DNA from: a virus
Lineage: Duplodnaviria > Caudoviricetes
Length of the DNA: 64,000 nt
Virus record (IMG/VR): IMGVR_UViG_3300043432_000237
Span: 1 to 64,000 of that record
Reading direction: 5' to 3' (one strand)
Part shown: positions 1-7,261 of the stretch, piece after piece
Layout of the letters: each line of letters starts with the position of its first letter
Position numbering within the stretch: position 1 is the first letter of the stretch
Translations under genes and position numbers: made by a program
Notes under the pieces: generated by a model
Databases searched by the model: none
What the model was told of the DNA's origin: nothing
The model's input: only the letters and a program-made list of their open reading frames with translations

Positions 1-18
1 AAGCTGTGACCGACAATC

Positions 19-450
19 TCACCCGCACCGGCGGCTGAGCAGCGCTTCCACGAAGCGGGGGTTCGTGAGCGCGAAGTCTCGGTGCTGCTTGATGTGCCGA
101 ATGGCCTCCTGGGGCTGCCAGCCGCTCTGAATGAGCGTCAGCGCGCTCACCAGCCCCGACCGGTTCCGTCCCTGGGCGCAGGTCACCAGGACGCTCTGGC
201 CGCGCACCAGGCGCCTGCGCACGGCCTTGGCGCAGGCCACCGCAGCGCTCCACTCGCGCTCCGTCAGCGGGCGCGTAGGGTCGTCGGTGAGCGGGCAGCG
301 CAGCACGTCGAGCCCGACCAGGGCATGCTCCGGCGGCTGCACCTCGACCGCGGCCAGCACCAGCACCTGAAAGCCGGCCGACGTGACCGCGTGCGACGAC
401 GCCGGAGCGGCTCCCTGGTAGAGCCCGTGGCAGATGCGGGAAGCGTCCAC
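19..450 (-). CDS. Dual-specificity/tyrosine phosphatase family protein
   Basis: CX5R loop VLVTCAQGRNRSG, upstream acid loop PLTDD, C-terminal ALTNPRF. Confidence 0.85.
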   Translation of the reverse strand: MDASRICHGLYQGAAPASSHAVTSAGFQVLVLAAVEVQPPEHALVGLDVLRCPLTDDPTRPLTEREWSAAVACAKAVRRRLVRGQSVLVTCAQGRNRSGLVSALTLIQSGWQPQEAIRHIKQHRDFALTNPRFVEALLSRRCG

Positions 451-453
451 CGG

Positions 454-633
454 TCAGTACCCGCCGCTCTTGAACCAGCCCTCGCCCACCAGCTGAAAGC
501 CCGCGCCGCCGCTCACCAGGCGCTTGGCCTCGGGGCGATGACACTCCGGGCACTCGACCTCGGGAGGATCGGAGATCTTCTGCTCCTGCTCCCACTGGTG
601 GCCACAGATCTTGCACTCGTACTCGTAGGTCAC
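454..633 (-). CDS. FmdB-family zinc-ribbon protein (59 aa, missing from the ORF track)
   Basis: Hand translation MTYEYECKICGHQWEQEQKISDPPEVECPECHRPEAKRLVSGGAGFQLVGEGWFKSGGY; YEYEC..C / CPEC / F.L.G.GW pattern; GTG start overlaps the upstream stop. Confidence 0.8.
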   Translation of the reverse strand: MTYEYECKICGHQWEQEQKISDPPEVECPECHRPEAKRLVSGGAGFQLVGEGWFKSGGY

Positions 634-959
634 TTGCTTCTCTTCTTGTCGGCTCGCTCGTACTTCACCAGCGCGCTGAGGCCAGCCATCAACTTGTCCA
701 TCTTCTCACCGATCTCAGCTTGCCTGAGTTCCTCGAAAGCGTGAGCGACCTGCAGCGCTGCGCCGTACTTGCGCATGCACATGTCCATCGCTTGCTTGGA
801 GCGCTCTCGTTCTTTGCTTTGGGCACGGGCGGCGACCCACTTGATCACCGCCATCGTGCTGCCGTCTTGGCCAGCCTGGACGCTCGCATCGTAGTCCTTC
901 TGACACGCCCGACAGAGCGTTTCTCCGTAGCCGTCGCAAACGACGCACGACGGCTTCAT
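630..959 (-). CDS. Hypothetical protein with N-terminal CxxC..CxxC
   Basis: ORF coupled to both neighbours by 4-nt overlaps. Confidence 0.6.
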   Translation of the reverse strand: MKPSCVVCDGYGETLCRACQKDYDASVQAGQDGSTMAVIKWVAARAQSKERERSKQAMDMCMRKYGAALQVAHAFEELRQAEIGEKMDKLMAGLSALVKYERADKKRSK

Positions 960-3550
960 TCCGGATCTGCCCAGCTCGGCAACTCACGGCCGGAGCCACG
1001 ACCGTTGCGCTGGTAGTCTTCCAGGTCGCCCACGATCGAATCGATGAGGTCGTCGGTGAAGTCCAGGCTCTGAGCGTCGGCAGCGTCACCCGTGGCCAGC
1101 AGGCGCTCGGCAACCGCCATCTTGGCCGCCATGACGTCGCGCAGGCGATCGTCGATCGTGCCCGGAGCGTCGTAGTAGGTGATCGTGCAGCGATTGCGTT
1201 GCCCGATGCGGTGAATGCGATCTTCGGCCTGGATCATGTCGAACGGACGCCAGACGCGCTCGACCATCATCATTTCCTGAGCGCGAGTCAGCGTGAGGCC
1301 GACGCCTGCTGCCGTGATCGAGCACAGCAGCACGTCCAGGTACTCGCGCTGCTCCGGAGGGGCGGACAGAGGCAAGCCGTCCTGGAACTGGGTCTTGTTG
1401 CGCTCCTTGGTCTCGGGGCTGTCATCACCGGTGATCGTGCCGACCTTGAGCCCCGACTCGCTCAGCGTCATCTGCAACGCCGCGATGACCTCCTTGTGAT
1501 GCGCCATCACGATGAGCGGGCGATTCGTCGATCCGTGATGCTCCAGGATCTCCTGCGTGAGCGCCTCGACCTTGCCGAGCGCCGCCAGCCGACGGAGCGC
1601 GGTCAGTCGCACGATCACCTCCGACTTGCTGGCTCGGCGCGCAGCTTCCACACCGCGGCGCTGACGCACCCAATCCAGGAACTCGGCCGCGGCGGCGGTG
1701 TACTCGCGGGCCATGTCCGCCGACAGCGACACGCTCTTGCTCTGGCGCCACTTCTCCGGCAGGTCCAGCTCGTCCTTGGTCTTGCGCAGCAGGTACTGGC
1801 CGTGGATCTCCTCGCGCAGCTCGGAGAGGTTGGTTGCTCCGGTGTAGTCGGGGAAGCTCTTGCCGCGGATGCTCTTGAGCTGGTAGTCGCAGTAGTACTT
1901 CCAGAAGCTCTTCTGGTTGTTCCACTTCTTGGAGTCCACCATGTGCAAGAGCGGCCACAGCTCGTAGGGGCGGCCGTTGACCATGGGCGTGCCCGTGAGG
2001 AAGAAGCGGCGCCGAGCATTCAGCGCCAGCTTGTAGACGTTCACGGCGCGAGCAGAGCCGCCCGGGGCGCTCTGCCAGTCGCCGCGCGCGTCCTTCTTCC
2101 ACTTGATGACCAGTTCCTTGGTGTAGTGCGCTTCGTCGACGATCAGCGTGCCTACGCCGCGGCGCTGCAGCGCATCGAGGTTCTTCGCCAGACCCTCGTA
2201 GCCCAGGATGCAGACGTCGGCCTGCAGCTGCGACGCCGAAAAGGTTGCCGACTTTCCGGACAGGATCTTGTCCTCGGCCATGCGAATGCCCGCCACGGCC
2301 GTGGTCAGGTCGGGGCGCCACATGCTGACCTCGCGCGCCCAGTTCGCGCGCAGCGACGCCGGGCAGACCACGACGATGGGCGTGTCGGCTGCCACAAGCG
2401 AGCACGCAGTCTTGCCGAGGCCCATGTCGAGAGCCAGGATCCCAGAGCCGCGCTGGTCCAACCACATCACGCTCTCGCGCTGGTACGGGAACATGCGCTC
2501 GGGCACCTCGCGGTTCACGGTCGGCGGAAGCGGCGCCCGCGTCTCGACCTCGACTGCCTTCTCCTCCTGGGCAGTCGCGCGCGAGGTGGCCACCTCGGTC
2601 GTGCCGACCCAGATCGGCTCGCACCGCTTGGTCCAGATGTAGCCGTACTTGTCCAGCGACCACTGCGCGAGCGCGGGCGTCACCAGGCCCAGGCGCGTCT
2701 TGTCGTTGCTGATCCAGGACACGACCATCTCGCGACCGTCGCGCAGCGTGACGACCGAACCCTTGTCGATCACCAGGGGCTCGCGCGCCGCCTTCTCGGC
2801 CTCCTGGTCGACCGTGGCCACGTCCTCGGCAGGGCCCCGCGGAGCCGCGGCGTCTTCCGGCACGGGCAGCGGCTGCTTGGGAACCAGGAACGGCTCGCCC
2901 GACGGCATGACGCCCAGGGCTCCGCCCAGCGTGGGCACGATCGCGTTCAGGACGTGCAGCCACCGGTCGGGCGCGAAGTACAGCCGCCAGTTCGAGTGCT
3001 CTTGCACGACCCCAGCGGACTTGAGCGCGTTGATGGTCGAGTGCCAGACGCTCTTGCTGCTCAGGTAGGGCAGCTCGATCTCCCAGCGGTCACCACGGTC
3101 CGAAATCACGACGCCGAGCGGGCGTGCCTTGCCGATCTCCTTGCCGTTCTCGTCGAACTTGCGGCCCTCGATGAAGACCGCGCGCAGACCCTCGGCAGCG
3201 CCGTCGTAGCCCAGCGCCCGCGCCAGTTCCATCGCGGATCCGATGTACCAGTACGCATCCGTCGACTGCTGCTCCCAGGCCGCGCCGGCCGCGTGAATGG
3301 CCGACGACAGCGCCTTGCGCGGATCGTCCAGCTTGGGTCGCACCACCGACGCCATGTGCTCGGGCATCGTGTCCAGCGCGCGCTGCACGGCCTCCGCATC
3401 GGGTTCCGCCGTGGACTTGAACACGCCCCACTTCTTCGCGCACCACGGGCCGCAGCCGCGCTCCAGGGAGTCGGGGTCGCGCAGCGGGCGGTGGCAGTAG
3501 ACACAGTTGACTGCCAGCATCTGGGTCCCAGCTTCGCGTTCGTAGCTCAT
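956..3550 (-). CDS. SNF2/SMARCAL1-like SF2 helicase with N-terminal Zn finger (DUF6011-like)
   Basis: PYQ Q-motif, LALDMGLGKT, IVDEAH, LTGTP, AAGVGLTL, QAEDRIHRIGQ; N-terminal CVYCHRPLRDPDSLERGCGPWCAKK. Confidence 0.92.
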   Translation of the reverse strand: MSYEREAGTQMLAVNCVYCHRPLRDPDSLERGCGPWCAKKWGVFKSTAEPDAEAVQRALDTMPEHMASVVRPKLDDPRKALSSAIHAAGAAWEQQSTDAYWYIGSAMELARALGYDGAAEGLRAVFIEGRKFDENGKEIGKARPLGVVISDRGDRWEIELPYLSSKSVWHSTINALKSAGVVQEHSNWRLYFAPDRWLHVLNAIVPTLGGALGVMPSGEPFLVPKQPLPVPEDAAAPRGPAEDVATVDQEAEKAAREPLVIDKGSVVTLRDGREMVVSWISNDKTRLGLVTPALAQWSLDKYGYIWTKRCEPIWVGTTEVATSRATAQEEKAVEVETRAPLPPTVNREVPERMFPYQRESVMWLDQRGSGILALDMGLGKTACSLVAADTPIVVVCPASLRANWAREVSMWRPDLTTAVAGIRMAEDKILSGKSATFSASQLQADVCILGYEGLAKNLDALQRRGVGTLIVDEAHYTKELVIKWKKDARGDWQSAPGGSARAVNVYKLALNARRRFFLTGTPMVNGRPYELWPLLHMVDSKKWNNQKSFWKYYCDYQLKSIRGKSFPDYTGATNLSELREEIHGQYLLRKTKDELDLPEKWRQSKSVSLSADMAREYTAAAAEFLDWVRQRRGVEAARRASKSEVIVRLTALRRLAALGKVEALTQEILEHHGSTNRPLIVMAHHKEVIAALQMTLSESGLKVGTITGDDSPETKERNKTQFQDGLPLSAPPEQREYLDVLLCSITAAGVGLTLTRAQEMMMVERVWRPFDMIQAEDRIHRIGQRNRCTITYYDAPGTIDDRLRDVMAAKMAVAERLLATGDAADAQSLDFTDDLIDSIVGDLEDYQRNGRGSGRELPSWADPE

Positions 3551-4401
3551 CGGCGTGTCTTTCTCTTCTTGGGCTCACCCAGCTCGGGCGGCCAGGGCAA
3601 TTCCTGACCAGGGCGCGGCCACTTCATCCGATCCAAAATGGCATTCGCGCTGGTTCGATCTCTCCAGTGCGGAAACACGTACAGGTCTCCGCTCATCAGA
3701 CCGAAAGCGCGCCAGACGTGTGGGCGATCGATGATTTCCAACACGGCCTGCTTGGTTGGCACCTTCAGCTTGTCTCGGTAGTTGTCGCACAGGCTCTCGT
3801 AGATGTTGCCCAGCGCGGACATGTTCTGGTTGCGCACGGCCGAGTCGATGCGCGCCTGAGTGCGCGCGATCAGATCCGCGCGCTTCTGCTCCCGCTCGGC
3901 GGCCAGCTGCGTAGCGCGCTCGCGCTTCTGGCGCGCCAGCTGCTCCACCTCTTCCTCCACCGTCTTGAGAGGAAGGGGTTCCCAGGTCGCGATGTGCTTC
4001 TCCATGCGCTTGATGGCTCGGGAAGTCTCTGCGATTCGGAACTCCAGACTGTGCTTGTACTCCTCGAAGTGCCGGTACCAGTGCGGCTCGGACGGAGTGA
4101 CCTTCTCCACCTTGCGCGTTCGCCAGTTGGTGAAGACCAGCTCGGTGAGGCGCGGGAGGTTCTCGTAAGACGCTTGCAGGTAATTGAGTTGCTTGAGCAG
4201 ATCGGCGCGATAGTCTTTGGCCAGATCCGGACTGACCTCGTGCGGCTCGCGGCCGACGCCGTAGCAGTCGCCGTGGATCATTCCGTCGCCTGGCCGCTGG
4301 TAGCCGTGGTGCACCAGGTAGTTCCGCCCGCGCTCTGACTGGCACTTGTGGTATTCCTCGCAGACGGGACAGAAACCGATGTACCGAGTCGCAGTGGTCA
4401 T
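3547..4401 (-). CDS. Phage hypothetical protein with Cys/His Zn-binding N-terminus
   Basis: CPVC...LVHHGYQRPG...GDCYG; coupled to neighbours. Confidence 0.65.
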   Translation of the reverse strand: MTTATRYIGFCPVCEEYHKCQSERGRNYLVHHGYQRPGDGMIHGDCYGVGREPHEVSPDLAKDYRADLLKQLNYLQASYENLPRLTELVFTNWRTRKVEKVTPSEPHWYRHFEEYKHSLEFRIAETSRAIKRMEKHIATWEPLPLKTVEEEVEQLARQKRERATQLAAEREQKRADLIARTQARIDSAVRNQNMSALGNIYESLCDNYRDKLKVPTKQAVLEIIDRPHVWRAFGLMSGDLYVFPHWRDRTSANAILDRMKWPRPGQELPWPPELGEPKKRKTRR

Positions 4402-5510
4402 TCGATCAGCGTCTTTCCGGCGAACAGCCCCAACGCCAAACCGGCGGCGCCCCAGACCAGGGAGCCTCCAGTCGGGTATACGCCAGAGGGAACGAAATTC
4501 CCCCCTGGCCCCGGACAGCAGCGCGAGAAAGCCCCCAAGCCGGCGACGGTGTAGGGGCTTTTCTGCTCGGCGTTCCAGCGCGGGATGAGCAGCGTCTCCA
4601 GCAGCGCGCGCTGGACGTGCCAGGCCTGGAAGACGTGGTCGGCTGCCGTCGTTCCACCGTAGTCGAAATCGTACCAGTTGCCCCAGGCGCGCTTGATGAG
4701 CGGCATGGGCATCTTGGTCCAGGTCTTGGCCGGACCGGGCACGCCCTGCACCCAGGCCCCCTTGGCGGGCCCGATCGTCACCGGGAAGGCCTCCGCCGGC
4801 ACGCCGTGCACGAGCTGGCTGAAGTCGGTCTGGATGTGCCGCGGCGAGCCGTAGCCGGCCTGCTCGTACTCCGGGATCTCGGACAGGCGCTTGGCGCTCG
4901 CGTCGAACAGCGCATCAGAGCTGGCGGTGGTGTTGCCCACCATGGCCTCCAGCGTGGCCGACTGCTTGATGTTGGTGTGGGCCGTCACGAACACGGGGCC
5001 CAGGAACGGATCCGTGCTGGCCGTGCCCGTCTTCGCGCGCACCCCGGCGAGCAGCGCGCGCGCGCCGTAGTCCGCCCAGCCCGCCATGGCCTGCGGCACG
5101 AAGCCCGCGGGCGACTTCGAGATCATGAGCGCGTCCAGCAAGATCACCATGTCGACCATGCGGCGGTCGACCTCGGAGTTCAGGATGTTGCCCACGAACG
5201 TCCCGCCAGCGCTGAAACCGATCAGCGCAATCCGGCCGGGCTCGGTGCCGCGAGCACGAGACTGGATGAGCTTGCGCAGCACCGAGCCATCCGCGTCGCG
5301 ATACATGGCCGCCTCGCGCGAGAAGGGCGTGCCGCCCCAGGGCTCGCGGGGCGCGCGCTTGGTGTCGGTCGGCGCCATGTAGACGTCCGACCCAATGCCG
5401 TTGACGTCGATGACGAGGGGAGCGCTCTTGAAGCGGTCCAGCGGCTGGGCGAGGGCGCGCGGACGTGACTGCGGAGGAGTTGCGAACGCGCTGATGATGA
5501 TGTCCCGCAT
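4398..5510 (-). CDS. Alpha/beta-hydrolase with C-terminal membrane anchor
   Basis: Nucleophile elbow LIGFSAGG, ILLDA strand, candidate His in ADHVF; VAGLGA motif then hydrophobic LVWGAAGLALGLFAG. Confidence 0.7.
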   Translation of the reverse strand: MRDIIISAFATPPQSRPRALAQPLDRFKSAPLVIDVNGIGSDVYMAPTDTKRAPREPWGGTPFSREAAMYRDADGSVLRKLIQSRARGTEPGRIALIGFSAGGTFVGNILNSEVDRRMVDMVILLDALMISKSPAGFVPQAMAGWADYGARALLAGVRAKTGTASTDPFLGPVFVTAHTNIKQSATLEAMVGNTTASSDALFDASAKRLSEIPEYEQAGYGSPRHIQTDFSQLVHGVPAEAFPVTIGPAKGAWVQGVPGPAKTWTKMPMPLIKRAWGNWYDFDYGGTTAADHVFQAWHVQRALLETLLIPRWNAEQKSPYTVAGLGAFSRCCPGPGGNFVPSGVYPTGGSLVWGAAGLALGLFAGKTLIE

Positions 5511-5517
5511 GAGGCGA

Positions 5518-5547
5518 ATACTAAGCGCTCCTGACCAGAACTGACAA
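5518..5547 (-). promoter_or_regulatory. Sigma70-like promoter, probably leaderless transcript
   Basis: Minus strand TTGTCA-N18-TAGTAT-N7-ATG(5510), no Shine-Dalgarno. Confidence 0.55.
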
Positions 5548-5552
5548 AAATC

Positions 5553-6602
5553 CTAGCGCTGGCGTTTCTTGCGCGGCCTGGGTCGCCGATCGGCCAGCGC
5601 CACGACGGCGACGCTGACCAGCGCGGCCACGCCGACCAAGCCAATGGTCCACCAGATCCAGGTCGTCCGGGGCGGTGGTCCGGGCGAGACGGGTACCACG
5701 GGCTCCGGATCAGACCAGTCGGCCAGCGCGGGCGCGACCATCTGATCCTGCTCCTGCTCCCAGACTTGATGCGCGACCGCCCACTCGGTGTACCGGCGCT
5801 GCCAGTCTGCTTGCCGTTTCTCCCAAGCGGCGTGCTCCTGCTGCCAGGCGGCGTACTCGGTGTGCCACTTCGCCACCGCTGCGCGCCAGGTCTCCATTTC
5901 TGTCTTCAGGCCATCGAGCTGCTGGCGCCAGTCACTGGGAGCGTCGGTAGCGGTGGCCGGCGGCGGCAAGTTAGGGACGGACGCAAAGCGCTCTTCCTCG
6001 AACGCGGCGTGCTCGTCCAGATCGAAGCGCGAGGACGGATCCGCGTAGTGCCACCGATCGCCGATCCAGACTGTCACGACAAATCGAGTGGGCGTGTGCA
6101 GAACGAGCGCGGTGGGCAGACCCACGGCCGTGTACGCTGCGGCCAGGTGCGTTGCGCGCACGAGTGGACCTGCCAGGATGAAATCCTCGCTTTGGGCCGA
6201 CTTGAGCAGCACCTGCGCGAGCACCCGCTCCTGGGTCACGTCCTGGCCGGCCTGGCTCGCAGCTGAGAGCGACACACTGGTCCAGGTGCGCAGGCGCTCG
6301 GTGCGCGACAGGGCAGGCACCTGGCCCGCCGCGTGCTCCAGGAGTTGCAGCGGCAGCTGGCGCTCGATGGCGGACCGGTAGTAGCCGCCACCGCCACCGC
6401 CACCAAAACCGCCGGGTGAGCCGCCGCCGGACGGCGCGAAGTAGCTATTGTCGACCACCGCCAGGTTGCGGAAGGGGTTGGGGAGCGGCAGCGGATCGGT
6501 GACGTCCTCGTCTTCGTAGAAGAGACCCAAATGGGCATCGGCTAAAGGCCCGAAGCCTGCTCCCAGGTGACCACAGGCTTCGGGGTCGACAACGAGGGTC
6601 AT
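5553..6602 (-). CDS. Membrane-anchored protein: degenerate transglutaminase-like domain, Trp-heptad coiled coil, C-terminal TM and basic tail
   Basis: AVGLPTALV...VTVWIGDRWHYADPS resembles a TGase core lacking Cys/His; Trp every 7 residues; WIWWTIGLVGVAALVSVAVVALA-DRRPRPRKKRQR. Confidence 0.65.
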   Translation of the reverse strand: MTLVVDPEACGHLGAGFGPLADAHLGLFYEDEDVTDPLPLPNPFRNLAVVDNSYFAPSGGGSPGGFGGGGGGGYYRSAIERQLPLQLLEHAAGQVPALSRTERLRTWTSVSLSAASQAGQDVTQERVLAQVLLKSAQSEDFILAGPLVRATHLAAAYTAVGLPTALVLHTPTRFVVTVWIGDRWHYADPSSRFDLDEHAAFEEERFASVPNLPPPATATDAPSDWRQQLDGLKTEMETWRAAVAKWHTEYAAWQQEHAAWEKRQADWQRRYTEWAVAHQVWEQEQDQMVAPALADWSDPEPVVPVSPGPPPRTTWIWWTIGLVGVAALVSVAVVALADRRPRPRKKRQR

Positions 6603-7258
6603 AGACGCTGCTTGGTGACCGTCTTACTAGCTCCGGAGCCGGCTTCCGTCATCTGGATGTCGATGAGCGATCCGTCAGCGGGCACCCGAATGTAGGTCTT
6701 GCCGTGTTTGGCCTGGAAGGCCGGATCCAGCCCTAGCAGCTTATACATCTCGCGCAGCATGGTGACCTGCTCGATGGTGAGCTGCATATTGCCCCCTTCC
6801 AGCTCACCGAAGCTGCCCGCGGCCACGTGAGCCGCCACCGGCTCATCCCAGACGGCAGCAGCAATGTCCGGCGCGGACGGTCCCGCGCCAGTGGCGACTG
6901 CGATCAGACCGGCGCTGTTACCGATGATGAGTGAGACGTTGTTCAGATTCTGGACGTCGGAGATATTGTGGTTCGCACCGACACACTTCACGCGGTAGGG
7001 CGGTCCCACTTCCTCGAAGGTCACGGTGTACGGCGCCAAGATCTCCACCTGGCGCGCGTAGGTCTCGCCCGAGAGCGTTCTCTGTGTGGCGTGACTGTGG
7101 GTGTCGGGCATGGCCATGCCCAGCTCGCTGTCCTCCCAGTCCTTCAGCGCAAGCCGAAACGCATCCACATCCAGCTCGTAGAGCGAGCCAGAGACCGGCA
7201 ACAGATCCGCTTGTGGGACCGTAATGACGTAGGTGGCCGGATTGATGGATAGCGTCAC
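6599..7258 (-). CDS. Putative virion structural (fibre-associated) protein
   Basis: Beta-rich; DIAAAVWDEP..HVAAGSFG motif seen in phage fibre proteins; same operon as the two larger beta-rich genes. Confidence 0.55.
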   Translation of the reverse strand: MTLSINPATYVITVPQADLLPVSGSLYELDVDAFRLALKDWEDSELGMAMPDTHSHATQRTLSGETYARQVEILAPYTVTFEEVGPPYRVKCVGANHNISDVQNLNNVSLIIGNSAGLIAVATGAGPSAPDIAAAVWDEPVAAHVAAGSFGELEGGNMQLTIEQVTMLREMYKLLGLDPAFQAKHGKTYIRVPADGSLIDIQMTEAGSGASKTVTKQRL

Positions 7259-7261
7259 GAC

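Noticed and set aside
1199-3607. 802-aa plus-strand ORF and other long antisense ORFs (e.g. 30150..32126, 44893..46488, 55716..57071)
   Set aside because: Shadow frames of well-supported genes in high-GC DNA; no motifs
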